Assembly (NCBI GenBank): GCA_965199955.1
Contig: CBDATQ010000002.1
Coordinates: forward strand, 896,001 to 960,000
Direction: 5' to 3'
DNA length: 64,000 nucleotides
Source of the DNA: Spirochaetia bacterium
GTDB taxonomy: Bacteria > Spirochaetota > Spirochaetia > SZUA-6 > Bin103
A program made the position numbers and the translations under genes. The notes under the pieces are model-generated. The model ran no database searches, was not told where the DNA came from, and worked only from the letters and a program-made list of their open reading frames with translations. Shown here one piece after another: positions 27,066 to 36,303 of this stretch. How positions within the stretch are numbered: position 1 is the stretch's first letter; every line of letters begins with the position of its first letter.

Positions 27066-28136
27066 TCAGCCGCCGAGGTCGATGCCGTAATCGGCCGGGT
27101 CCATGCCCGAGTCCTCGGCCAGGCCGCGCAGGCTGATGAGGACGTCCTCGGGCATCTCGATGCCTTCCAGCAGTGCGCGCTCGCGCTGCTCCCATTCCAT
27201 CTGGCCGGGCAGGAAGATGCGCTGGCCGGGGGCCATCTCCGCGCCGGCGATCTCCTCGCTCATGGCGCCGATGCGCTGGTGGAACTCGGCGGCCGGCATG
27301 ATCGCGCCCACGTCGATGGCGATGAAGGCGTGCCCCTGGTCGGACGGCTCCGGATCGTCGGACACCCAGCTATGCACGCCGCTCATCATCGCGGACCCGG
27401 TGAGCACGGCGGTCAGGACCTCCACGAACACCGCCAGCCCGTAGCCCTTGTGGCCGGCCATCGGGAGTTGCGCCCCTGCTTCCGGAAAGATGGTCGGGTC
27501 CGTGGTGGGAACGCCGTCCTCGTCCACCAACCAGGTGTCCGGGATCGAGCGCCCCTCGTTCTTGGCCGCGAAGATCTTGGTCGCCGCGACCGCGCTGGTG
27601 GCCACGTCCAGCATGATCGTACGCTCGGTCCCGGTCGGCGCCGCCCAGGCGATGGGGTTGGTGCCGAGGATGCGGCTCTTGCCGCCCGGCACAGTCATGC
27701 ACGGCTCCACGTTGCACATGGACATGCCGAACATGCCGTGCTCGGCGATCATGTTGGCGTAGTAGCCGGCGGCGCCGTAGTGGCTGGAGCGGCGCACGCC
27801 CACGTAGGCCATGCCGGTCTGGCGCGCCTTGGCGATGGCGATCTCCACCGCCCGGAAGGAGATGGCCGGCGGCATGCCGTCCCGCGCGTCGACGACCGCC
27901 CAGGAGGGACCCTCGGCGACGATCCGCTCCTGCGCGTCGGCGACCAGCCGGCCGCGCCGGGCGTTCTTCATCAGCCCGCGGATCTGCCGCGTGCCATGGG
28001 TGAACGTGCCCCAGGTGTCGGTCGTGACGAATACGCGGGCCGACAGCTCCGCGTCCTGCTGGCTCAAGCCCGCGCGCCGCATCGCCTCGATGCAGAACGC
28101 CTCCAGCGCCTCGGCTCGAATCTTCACGGCTGCCAT
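27066..28136 (-). CDS. Ldh_2 family oxidoreductase (malate/L-sulfolactate/ureidoglycolate dehydrogenase-like)
   Basis: THG, SSHYGAAG, LGTNPIA, LDVATS, GHKGYGL and LPG.E. Confidence 0.9.
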   Translation of the reverse strand: MAAVKIRAEALEAFCIEAMRRAGLSQQDAELSARVFVTTDTWGTFTHGTRQIRGLMKNARRGRLVADAQERIVAEGPSWAVVDARDGMPPAISFRAVEIAIAKARQTGMAYVGVRRSSHYGAAGYYANMIAEHGMFGMSMCNVEPCMTVPGGKSRILGTNPIAWAAPTGTERTIMLDVATSAVAATKIFAAKNEGRSIPDTWLVDEDGVPTTDPTIFPEAGAQLPMAGHKGYGLAVFVEVLTAVLTGSAMMSGVHSWVSDDPEPSDQGHAFIAIDVGAIMPAAEFHQRIGAMSEEIAGAEMAPGQRIFLPGQMEWEQRERALLEGIEMPEDVLISLRGLAEDSGMDPADYGIDLGG

Positions 28137-28273
28137 CGGTTCATGATCCTCCCGTCTGTGCGCATGCTCGGATGGTATGCGCCCATGCCCGCGAAGGGAA
28201 ACTCCGCCGCGGCGCCTGCCGGAGTCGGGCCGGGAGTGCCTCGACCGACCGAATCGGGTACGTTTGGTACAGG

Positions 28274-28807
28274 ATGAGATTGCCGAGCATCGCCGTGCTC
28301 CGACGCCCCACCGACCACGTGCCGCGGGCAGCGGTTCCGGCCGCCGTCATGATCGGCCTGGCGCTGCTGCTGGGATCCTGCGTGACGGACGTCACGCACA
28401 ACTGCATCTGGGGACCGACGGTGGTCAACGTGCGCTACGAGGTGACGTCCAGCACGGGAATGGCCGACATCGAGCTGCACAGTGGCGAAACCGACTTCCG
28501 GAGCTACCGACGTGCGCAGACGCCCTGGAGCCTGACCCAGCGGGTTCGCGGAGAGACGTTCGTCCGGCTGCGAGTGCGCAACAGCCGGCCTCTCGGCAAC
28601 GCCACGGTGGCGATCTACGTGGATGACGTTCTGTGGAAGCGGGCGGCCGGCGTCGGGTCGGGAGCCGTGGAAGCCGGCGGCGTCATCGAGAGCGAGCTCG
28701 GCTGGAATTGCGGGACCGGCATGTTCATGCAGACCTACCCGGACAAGCCGGCGCAGCCGGGAGTTCCGCAAGAACCCGCCGCCGGCACCGCGACCGGGAG
28801 CCCGTGA
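28274..28807 (+). CDS. Hypothetical lipoprotein
   Basis: Hydrophobic stretch plus lipobox LGSC, then a beta-rich mature region (VRYEVTS, TPWS). Start uncertain. Confidence 0.55.
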   Translation: MRLPSIAVLRRPTDHVPRAAVPAAVMIGLALLLGSCVTDVTHNCIWGPTVVNVRYEVTSSTGMADIELHSGETDFRSYRRAQTPWSLTQRVRGETFVRLRVRNSRPLGNATVAIYVDDVLWKRAAGVGSGAVEAGGVIESELGWNCGTGMFMQTYPDKPAQPGVPQEPAAGTATGSP

Positions 28808-28871
28808 GCGAACAGGACGCGCTTCGCAATCCCCTGGTTCAGGCACCACCGGAGCGATGCGGGCTGAACGC

Positions 28872-29639
28872 ATGAGTCAGCGCCATGATCAAGGCTCGAT
28901 CAACCGGGTCACGTTCGATGGGGATTCCGTTCAAAGGCCGCTGCATCCGTGGACCAGATCTGTCCATACGCTTTTGGGCTATCTGACGTCTCATGGATTC
29001 CGGTGGGTGCCCGCTCCTCGGAGTATTGACGAGGAGCGTCGCATAGAGTTTGTCAGCTTCATCGAAGGGAGCGTCGCACTGAGGCCATGGCCCGAAGTGC
29101 TGAAGTGCGAGTCCGGTCTGAAGCAGATGGGCTACTTCCTGCGCAGATATCACAAAATTGTGGAGGACTTCGTGCCCTGCGAGGACGCTGTCTGGCACGT
29201 GCCGGATTTGACATGGCAGGCGGGCGACATCATCCGGCACGGGGACCTCGGACCCTGGAACACCGTTTGGCGAAACGGGACCCTTACGGGCGTGATCGAC
29301 TGGGACTTCGCGGAGCCGGGATCACGACTCGCGGACATCGCCCAGCTCGCCTGGCATGTCGTTCCTTTGCGCGGCGCCGACTTCTGGCGGAAGGTGGGTT
29401 TCGAGAAGGAGCCGGACCTCGGGCAACGCTTGGGAGCGATATGCGCGGCCTACGGCGCTTCTGCAAGCCACGTTGTAGATGCTCTGTTGGGGGTCCAGGA
29501 TGAGGACCTGCGGCGGATCAGTGAGCTGGGGACGCGCGGGATTTTCCCGTGGAGCGCCTTCCGGGAGCGCGGAGACGCGAGCCAGATAGCGAAGGAGCAG
29601 AGCTGGCTGATGTCCTCGCAAAGTTCGTTGTTGGGATAG
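28872..29639 (+). CDS. Aminoglycoside phosphotransferase (APH/kinase-fold) family protein
   Basis: HGDLGPWN catalytic loop and IDWDFAEPG motif. Lower GC than the neighbours. Confidence 0.85.
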   Translation: MSQRHDQGSINRVTFDGDSVQRPLHPWTRSVHTLLGYLTSHGFRWVPAPRSIDEERRIEFVSFIEGSVALRPWPEVLKCESGLKQMGYFLRRYHKIVEDFVPCEDAVWHVPDLTWQAGDIIRHGDLGPWNTVWRNGTLTGVIDWDFAEPGSRLADIAQLAWHVVPLRGADFWRKVGFEKEPDLGQRLGAICAAYGASASHVVDALLGVQDEDLRRISELGTRGIFPWSAFRERGDASQIAKEQSWLMSSQSSLLG

Positions 29640-29718
29640 AGGCGTGGGGACGTCGGACGACAAGTGAGGAAGATGACGTCTGCGTCAGAGTCGTACCGAA
29701 GTTGCGCTGCGGGCCTCC

Positions 29719-30579
29719 TCATGTCGCGACCCAGGCTTTGAACGCCTCGCGGGTGTAGGTGAGGGCGCGGTCCATGACGGCGTAGGGCTCTTCCGGGCCT
29801 TCGTACTCGGGGGAGACGGTGCCGTCGTAGCCGAGCTCGCGCAGGCGCCGGACCGCCGCCGGCAGCGGCACGACCCCCTCGCCCAGGTCGACCGCCTTGA
29901 ACCAGGGACCGTCGCGGGTTCCCTTCCAGGAGGCTCCCGGCAGCTCGGCATCCAGCGGCACCCAGTCCTTGACATGCACGTGAACGGTGTACGGGAACAC
30001 GCGGTCGAGCGCCGCGACCGGGTCGTATCCGGCCATCACGAAGTTGCCCACGTCGTACACGGTCCGCACCTGGTCGCCCAGCCGCTCGCAGGCGTCGATC
30101 ACCCACTCCGAGCCGCCGTAGACGTCGCCCCGGAACCCCAGGTTGGCGACCAGCAGGATCAGGCCCAGCTCGCGCGCGACCCGCAGGCTGTTCTCCACAG
30201 CCTCGTACAGCCATTCCCGCAACTCGTCGGCAGTCAGGTCGCTGTCCCAGTCGGGCATGGACGGCAGGATCAGGATGGAGCCGGCGCCCAGGCGGGCGGC
30301 GACGCGCAGCCGCTCGTGGAAGCGGTCGGTGCCGGCCGCACGCTCGCTGGCGTCGCGGAAGCCGACGTGGCAGTTGACGTCGCACATCAGCACCTTCATT
30401 CCCGTCGCGGCGATGGCGTCCTCGACCCGGAGGACCTCGTCCTCGTCCTCCATCCATGGGTCGTAGAGCTCCAGCGAGGTGATGCCGCGCTCGTGGAACC
30501 AATGAACGGCCCTGGCGTTGTCGATCGGCCTGGGGCCGGTGATGGGCCCGAACGAATAGCTGTATCCGACGATCTCCAT
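29719..30579 (-). CDS. Sugar phosphate isomerase/epimerase (xylose isomerase-like TIM barrel)
   Basis: YDVGNF, HVHVKD, LGEG and GYDGTVSPEYE. Confidence 0.85.
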   Translation of the reverse strand: MEIVGYSYSFGPITGPRPIDNARAVHWFHERGITSLELYDPWMEDEDEVLRVEDAIAATGMKVLMCDVNCHVGFRDASERAAGTDRFHERLRVAARLGAGSILILPSMPDWDSDLTADELREWLYEAVENSLRVARELGLILLVANLGFRGDVYGGSEWVIDACERLGDQVRTVYDVGNFVMAGYDPVAALDRVFPYTVHVHVKDWVPLDAELPGASWKGTRDGPWFKAVDLGEGVVPLPAAVRRLRELGYDGTVSPEYEGPEEPYAVMDRALTYTREAFKAWVAT

Positions 30580-30588
30580 GCGCCGATC

Positions 30589-31004
30589 CTACAGCACGGC
30601 CACGCGCCGGCGCAGGAAATACGGCCAGTCCCACTCGGCGCCCCAGCCGGGGCGGGTGAAGGCGAACCGCGCCGCCCGGTGCAGCTTGGCGTCCAGCCCC
30701 TCGCGGTCGGCGGCATCCTCGCCTGCGACCAGCTCGCGGAGCTGCGCCAGCTCCCGCTCGGTCATGACCCGGTAGCGGACGTCGCCGACGGTGCATACGC
30801 CTTCGAGCCCGTCTTCAGTGAGGACGTGCATGACGTGCACGGGCTCGCTCCGGCGGCCGGCTCCGCTCGTGACCGAGTGGCGCCGCCCGAGCCGTGGCGG
30901 GGATGCCAGCGGGCAGTACTGCCGTGTCCGACCCGGGCCATGTCGATCAGCGGCGTGACCGTGTCGACTTCGAATGCGCAAATCGTGACGTCGCGAATGC
31001 GCAT
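30589..31004 (-). pseudogene. Hollowed mandelate racemase/enolase-superfamily gene
   Basis: N-terminal capping domain (MRIRDV...HVLTEDGLEGVC...LVAGED), frameshifted near 30890, joined to the family C-terminus PGWGAEWDW...VAVL*. The TIM barrel is missing. Confidence 0.65.
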
Positions 31005-31020
31005 GGGTCCTCTCTGCGGG

Positions 31021-32244
31021 TCAGTCCCGAAAGGGATCGATCTCGTCCGCCGATGCCATGGCGACGCCGATCGGCTCCAGGACGTGGACGACGCGGATGG
31101 TGCCGTCGTGGTAGCGCAGCACCTCCTCGATCCGTTTGTAGCAGTGCGGGGACTCGTCGGTGCCGGCGCCGCGCAGCTCGACGCCGCGCCGGTCCAGCCA
31201 CTTCTGCATCATCTTCCGGCTGATCCTGCCCTCGGTGAGCTGTATCCGTCGCCCGCGCTTGAACCGCGACTTTCCGGCCGCCTGCGTGCGCGACATGACG
31301 CGCCCGGCGCCGTGGACGGTCGAGCGCAGGGCGAGCTCCGATTCGGGTCCGTCGAGCCCTTCGATGATCACCGAGATGTCTCCCATGGTACCGCCGACGA
31401 AGCCGCGCTGGCCGGGGAAGGCCGGGGTCGCCCCCTTGCGCACGACCCACAGGTCCTGCCCGAAGTGGCGCTCCTGCCAAGCGAAGTTGTGGTGGTTGTG
31501 CACCTCCTCGACGATGCGCGCGCCGAGCAGGCGGGCGACACGCGCGCACACCCAGTCGCGGCCGGCGTAGGCGTAGCGCCCGGCCAGGTGCATGCAGGCG
31601 AGGTATTCCCGCCCCAGGTCGCTGTCCGCGTGCAGCACGACCGGGTCGACGTTCATGCCGTCGGTGCCGCCGCCGGCCTTGATGAAGTGGGTGGCCAGCT
31701 TGTGGCCGAGGCCGCGCGAGCCGAAGTGGACGCCGACCCAGGCGCGGCCCTTCTCGTCGGCAAACAGGTCGACGAAGTGGTTGCCGGAGCCGATCGTGCC
31801 GAGCTGCGAGCGCGCCAGGTCGCGGAGCGTGGCGGCCGCGGGGATGTCCCAGGCCGGGTCGTCGTCGAACAACTCGTCGTCGACCGGCTCCGGGTTCTTG
31901 CGCCCGATGCCGAACGACAGGGTCCGCCACAGGTCGTCCATGATGGGGCGGATGTTGCGCCGGATCTCCGCGGCGTCGGCGTCCAACAGCACGGCCTTGT
32001 TCCCGCACGAGATGTCGAACCCGACCCCGGACGGGCTGATCCGGCCCGCGTACGCGACCACCCCGCCGATCGGCACGGCATAGCCAAGGTGGTGGTCGGC
32101 CATGAGCGCCGCCCGCTTGGCCCGCGTGGCGCAGCGGCGCATCTGCTCCACCGCTCCGGAGTCCGGCTCGCCCCAGACCGGGATGCCGTCGAGCATGCGG
32201 TATCCTTGGCCGCTACGAGCCGCGCCGCGTTCCTGTGGTTGCAT
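31021..32244 (-). CDS. rtcB: RtcB family RNA ligase
   Basis: MADHHLGY, GFDISCGN, LGTIGSGNHF, HFGSRG, HNHHN, RKGATPA, STVHGAGR and DESPHCYK. Start is 32244 or 32196. Confidence 0.93.
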   Translation of the reverse strand: MQPQERGAARSGQGYRMLDGIPVWGEPDSGAVEQMRRCATRAKRAALMADHHLGYAVPIGGVVAYAGRISPSGVGFDISCGNKAVLLDADAAEIRRNIRPIMDDLWRTLSFGIGRKNPEPVDDELFDDDPAWDIPAAATLRDLARSQLGTIGSGNHFVDLFADEKGRAWVGVHFGSRGLGHKLATHFIKAGGGTDGMNVDPVVLHADSDLGREYLACMHLAGRYAYAGRDWVCARVARLLGARIVEEVHNHHNFAWQERHFGQDLWVVRKGATPAFPGQRGFVGGTMGDISVIIEGLDGPESELALRSTVHGAGRVMSRTQAAGKSRFKRGRRIQLTEGRISRKMMQKWLDRRGVELRGAGTDESPHCYKRIEEVLRYHDGTIRVVHVLEPIGVAMASADEIDPFRD

Positions 32245-32260
32245 GCTGGCGTCCGCCGGA

Positions 32261-32716
32261 CTATTCGCGCAAGGCGTTGGAGATTTCCTGCGCGGCATCC
32301 ACTTTTTCGAACATCGAAATGTGGTCGCCCTCGATGGGGATGACCGTGGCGCCTCTGGACTCGAGGAACGCGACCTCGTCTTCGGTCAGCCGCCCGACGA
32401 GGACGTCCTGGGTCCCGTATACATAGATGACGCGTTGCAGATCCGTGGCGGCGAGCCGTTCCGTGTAGCGGTCGTGTCCCGTGGCGCCGGCGCCCTCCGG
32501 GTTGCGGACCACGCCCTCGAAGAACCACTCCTCTTCGAGCAGCTCCTGCAGCTCGGCCGGCCCGTCGCCGGCGTGATGGTCATCCAGCCAGCGGCGGCAG
32601 CGGGCGTCGATCTCCTCCGGGCCGACCCCTTCGAGCATCAGGTGCCCGTACTTGCAGAACTCCAGGACCTGCGAGTCGGTCAGTGTGGGCGCGCAGTCGT
32701 AGGCGCTGTGGTCCAT
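32261..32716 (-). pseudogene. Chimeric ORF: PhyH-dioxygenase N-terminus fused in frame to an alpha/beta-hydrolase C-terminus
   Basis: PTLTDSQVLEFCKYGHLMLEGV...LLEEEWF...NPEGAGA, then VIYVYGTQDVLV...IEGDHISMFE (Asp/His end of a hydrolase triad). Confidence 0.55.
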
Positions 32717-32718
32717 GG

Positions 32719-33414
32719 TCAGTGCACGTGGTACGCGTCGAGCAGCTCCTGCAGCGACACGTCCTGGCGCTCCAGCAGCTCGAACAGCGGCGCCTCCACG
32801 TCCAGCACTGCCTGCGCCTGCTCCGGGACGCGGTCGGCGATCTCGGCCGGGATGGTCAGCAGTCCGCTCTCGTCTCCGTGCAGCAGGTCACCCGGATTGA
32901 TCGTGAGGCCGCAGATCTCCACGGGCACGTCGAAGTCGATGATCGCCGGGATGCCATGAGAGACGACCAGCCCGGCAGCGAAGAGCTGGAAGCCGGGAAC
33001 GCGCCGCTCGATCCCGGCGCGGTCGCGCACGCCGCCGTCGGTGACCATGCCGGCAGCGCCCAGATGCTGCAGGGCACGCGCGGTCATGTCTCCACCGAAG
33101 CACGAGCGCAGCCGGTCCTGGCCGACGTGCTTGACGACGTACACGCTCGGCTGCGGCGCGGCCGCGATCCGTTCGAACAGCTCGGTGAGCCGGTCCGGGC
33201 GCGGGTCGGCAGGCGTGGTGGTGTCCGCGATCGCCGTGAACGCGTAGCCGACCAGCGGCGGCCGCTCCGGGAACAGGCACTTCAGGTCCAGGTTCGCGTA
33301 GCCGGCCGTGCGGTCGCGCACCGCGAAGCGCTCGACCGCGTTCATGACGGTCGGGCTGTCGAACCCTCGCAGCGCCTCTATCGTCCGTTCGCCCACCGCT
33401 CCAGCCATCGGCAA
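32719..33414 (-). CDS. RraA/HMG-aldolase family protein
   Basis: FDSPTVMNA, VGYAFT, GMVTDGGVRD and PGDLLHGDESG. Confidence 0.88.
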   Translation of the reverse strand: MPMAGAVGERTIEALRGFDSPTVMNAVERFAVRDRTAGYANLDLKCLFPERPPLVGYAFTAIADTTTPADPRPDRLTELFERIAAAPQPSVYVVKHVGQDRLRSCFGGDMTARALQHLGAAGMVTDGGVRDRAGIERRVPGFQLFAAGLVVSHGIPAIIDFDVPVEICGLTINPGDLLHGDESGLLTIPAEIADRVPEQAQAVLDVEAPLFELLERQDVSLQELLDAYHVH

Positions 33415-33478
33415 CTCCTCCGCAATCGGCGCAGGCGGAAGGGAGGCGTTCGTCCCCGCCGACCGCGACCGGGCAACT

Positions 33479-33877
33479 CTACGTCTTGATGCGACGGCGG
33501 AACCAGTCGGCGAGCGCGGCGTCGTCGATGCGGCCGGCGGCGACGCCTTCCATGGTCTGGATCGCGTCCAGCGGGTCGAAGGCGAGGCTCAGGCCGTTGT
33601 CCGCCAGGAACAGGCGCGCGACGACCCAGGCGGTACGCTTGTTGCCGTCGAGGAAGACGTGGTTTTTTGCGAGGCCGTACGCGTACGGCGCTGCCAGCGC
33701 AGCTGCATCGGGCGCGCCGTAGCCGGCCAGGTTCAACGGGCGGGCCAGAGCGGACTCGATCGCTCCCGGGTCTCGGACTCCGTCCATCCCGCCATGCTCG
33801 GCGAGTTGACGGTCATGGACGGCGAACACGACGCCCGGCTGAACCCAGCGCCACGCGCCAGGCTCATCGGAGCTCAC
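33479..33877 (-). CDS. doc: Death-on-curing (Doc/Fic family) toxin
   Basis: HGGMDGVRD, ESALARP and NHVFLDGNKRTA. GTGA overlap with the antitoxin. Confidence 0.92.
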   Translation of the reverse strand: MSSDEPGAWRWVQPGVVFAVHDRQLAEHGGMDGVRDPGAIESALARPLNLAGYGAPDAAALAAPYAYGLAKNHVFLDGNKRTAWVVARLFLADNGLSLAFDPLDAIQTMEGVAAGRIDDAALADWFRRRIKT

Positions 33878-34101
33878 TTTGCCAGCGCTCGCAACACCTC
33901 TCGGTCGTCGTGCATGATGTCCTCCGCGAGCGCCATCTGGCGCTCGAAGTCGGGATCGTAGGCGGTGATCCTGAAGCCGCCGTCCGGAGCTTCGGTCAGA
34001 AAGAGCGTGTCTCCCTTGCGCACCCGCAACTGCGCCAGCGCCGCCTTGCTGAGGATGATGCCGGAGGAAGAGCCGACGGTCGTCACCTTGAAAGAAAGCA
34101 T
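33874..34101 (-). CDS. AbrB/MazE-type antitoxin
   Basis: KVTTVGSSSGIILSK...KGDTLFL...YDPDFERQM...LRALAK, 75 aa, directly upstream of doc. Confidence 0.9.
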   Translation of the reverse strand: MLSFKVTTVGSSSGIILSKAALAQLRVRKGDTLFLTEAPDGGFRITAYDPDFERQMALAEDIMHDDREVLRALAK

Positions 34102-34114
34102 GGCACGTCCGCCG

Positions 34115-34132
34115 ATATAATCGCGATTATAT
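34115..34132. promoter_or_regulatory. 18-bp perfect palindrome, probable TA autorepression operator containing TATAAT
   Basis: ATATAATCGCGATTATAT lies 13 nt upstream of the antitoxin ATG and is AT-rich in a GC-rich genome. Confidence 0.7.
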
Positions 34133-34189
34133 GACGGGCCGGTCAAACGGGGCCTGGGAGCGTGTTCCGCCGCCTCTCGCGGTTGTCCT

Positions 34190-34390
34190 CGCCGCGTGCG
34201 CGTGCGACCTGGCCCGGTTCTGGACGGAGCCGGCGCAGCCACTGCGTGTACGCCACCTGCCGCGACGGCGCCGACAGCTACCACCTGATCGTCGCCCGGC
34301 AGGCGGTGGGAGACCGCTGCGAGCTGTTCCACGAGGTGAACCTCATGGACATCGACCTGGAGCTCGGCGACGTGATGTCGACGAGGTGCT
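34190..34390 (+). pseudogene. Hollowed isochorismatase/amidohydrolase (cysteine hydrolase) gene
   Basis: CDLARFWTEPAQPL (first strand with the catalytic Asp) is joined out of frame to SHCVYATCRD...AVGDRCELFHEVNLMDIDLELGDV (catalytic Cys region and C-terminus). Confidence 0.65.
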
Positions 34391-34394
34391 CGAC

Positions 34395-34588
34395 GGGTCG
34401 AGCAGCCGCTCCAGCTCGTCCGCGTCGAGGTGGTGGCGGATGCGCGCGTCGGCGCGCATGGCGTCGCCGGCATCGCGCCCGCTCTCGAAGGAGTCCATGG
34501 TGATCTCGTGCACCAGCGCGTGCGCGCGATGGCCGTAGTAGAGGGCGTCGAGCAGGCCGGCGCTCCGGCCGCCGGCGTCGGCCGTCAC
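34395..34588 (-). pseudogene. Hollowed adenylosuccinate-lyase-like (fumarase/aspartase superfamily) gene
   Basis: N-terminal LLDALYYGH is joined in frame to the ADSL C-terminal domain RAHALVHEITMDSF...LDADELERLLDP. Confidence 0.6.
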
Positions 34589-34598
34589 GCGGGCAGGC

Positions 34599-36245
34599 TC
34601 ACGATCCCGAGGGGGTCAGCACCAGCACCCAGTCGTGGAAGGCCGGCGTCTGCGGCATCGCCCAGCGGTCCTCGGCGTCGCCACGCACCTCGCCCAGGTC
34701 ATGCGCCTCACCGGTGGACGGGTCGATCAACTCCGCGCGGTACGTCCGGCCCGGCTCCAACCGGCACGCGGCAACCGGCTTCATCACCTCGCACGGCACG
34801 TAGATCACCCGCACGCCGCCGTCGATGCCGGCGGCGTAGGGCTGGTGGCGGTCCTCCGCGCCCTGCGCGGGCTCGACCCACTCCGGGTGCGGCTCGAAGC
34901 GCCACCACGCGAAGCGCTCCAGGATCCGCTTGCCGACGCCGACTTGCGTGGATCCCGGGAACGACATCGCCTCGTCCCAGGGGCGTCCGCCCCAGGTCGT
35001 CCCGTGCGGCGATGCGCCGTACGGGCGGTCGCTGCGGTCCACCTGCCAGATGCCGTTTGCGCCATAGCTGTAGCCGGCCGCGCCCACCATCATGGTGGAC
35101 CAGAACTGGAACCGCTGGATGTCGTCGCGGTTGGTGCCGCGGATCATCTCGTAGTTGCCCTCGCTGTCCAGCACCGGCATGCGCGGCTCGGCCGCCAGCG
35201 CCTTCTCCATCATGTCGACCGCCTGCGCGGTGGCCGGATAGCCGTTGTGGCCGGTCTGCAGCCAGTGCAGGTCCATCGTGGCCGGATCGTCGACCTGGTC
35301 GGTGCCGAAGCGGGTCGGGTGGATGGTCAGCAGCCGGCCGTGCCCGTCGGTCGCCTTGATGTAGCGCGACATGTCGGACCAGACCGCGCGCCGGTCGGCC
35401 GGCAGCCACGGCTCGCCGCGGTAGATCAGGCGCTTCATCTCCCGGTTGGCTTCGCTCGTGTAGAACGGCATCAGCGCCTCGCCGGCCACGCACCAGGCGA
35501 CCGGGTACGCGCCCCAGCGGGCGATCACGTTGCGCCAGTGCGCCTTGAGGACATCGGCGCCGGCCACGTCCAGGAAGTACCCCCAGAAGCCGACCACGCA
35601 CGGCACCATGCCGCTGCGAACCAGGTGGGCGATGCGCACGTCGGCGGCGTCGAAGTACGCCGGGTTGATCGTGGAGAAGTCCTCGGCCCAGGGGAAGCCG
35701 CCGTCGCCGGCGCCGCGCTCGTCGAAGGGGTCCATGTCCGGATACAGCCCGGCCACCAGGTGGATGACGTTGAATCCCTTGGCGGAGCGGTCCGCGGCCA
35801 GCTCGCGCACGTCGTCCGGCCACCGCAGCCGCTGGCAGAGGCCCATCCACCAGGTGTCGCCCAGCCACAGGAACGGGGTTCCGTCGGCGTGCTCCAGGTG
35901 GCGGCGGTCGGCCGCCACCCGGAGCGGGCCGTGCCGGAGCAGCGGATTGGGCTCGTCGCCGTCCGCGGTGATTTCGAGCTCGCCGGCAAGACCGTGCAGG
36001 CCGACATCGCCGGCGTCGGAGCAGCGGGTGCGCCAGCGGTACGTGCCCGGCGTGGGGGAGGCATAGCGCGCTCCCCACGCGGAGCCGCCCGCCCAGAAGG
36101 CCGGGACCGCCCGCTCGTGCCCGTCCGGGCCGGTGACCATCAGGTCGAGGGTGATCTCGTTGAACGGGTCGGCGCGCTCGACGTCCGACCGGAAGCTCCA
36201 CTCGGCGACGTGGTTGGCGCGGCATCGGTTCTGGTAGGAGGCCAT
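34599..36245 (-). CDS. DUF5060/DUF4038 protein (GH140 apiosidase-like fold)
   Basis: FWAGG, RHLEHADGTPFLWLGDTWW, KGFN, WCVAGE, TIHP, QTGH, E.NYE and YSYGANGIW. Confidence 0.8.
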   Translation of the reverse strand: MASYQNRCRANHVAEWSFRSDVERADPFNEITLDLMVTGPDGHERAVPAFWAGGSAWGARYASPTPGTYRWRTRCSDAGDVGLHGLAGELEITADGDEPNPLLRHGPLRVAADRRHLEHADGTPFLWLGDTWWMGLCQRLRWPDDVRELAADRSAKGFNVIHLVAGLYPDMDPFDERGAGDGGFPWAEDFSTINPAYFDAADVRIAHLVRSGMVPCVVGFWGYFLDVAGADVLKAHWRNVIARWGAYPVAWCVAGEALMPFYTSEANREMKRLIYRGEPWLPADRRAVWSDMSRYIKATDGHGRLLTIHPTRFGTDQVDDPATMDLHWLQTGHNGYPATAQAVDMMEKALAAEPRMPVLDSEGNYEMIRGTNRDDIQRFQFWSTMMVGAAGYSYGANGIWQVDRSDRPYGASPHGTTWGGRPWDEAMSFPGSTQVGVGKRILERFAWWRFEPHPEWVEPAQGAEDRHQPYAAGIDGGVRVIYVPCEVMKPVAACRLEPGRTYRAELIDPSTGEAHDLGEVRGDAEDRWAMPQTPAFHDWVLVLTPSGS

Positions 36246-36303
36246 GGCCGCGAGTATACCGGTCCTTCCATCGGCGAAGAGCGGCGAATACACTGCCGGA
36301 CCC

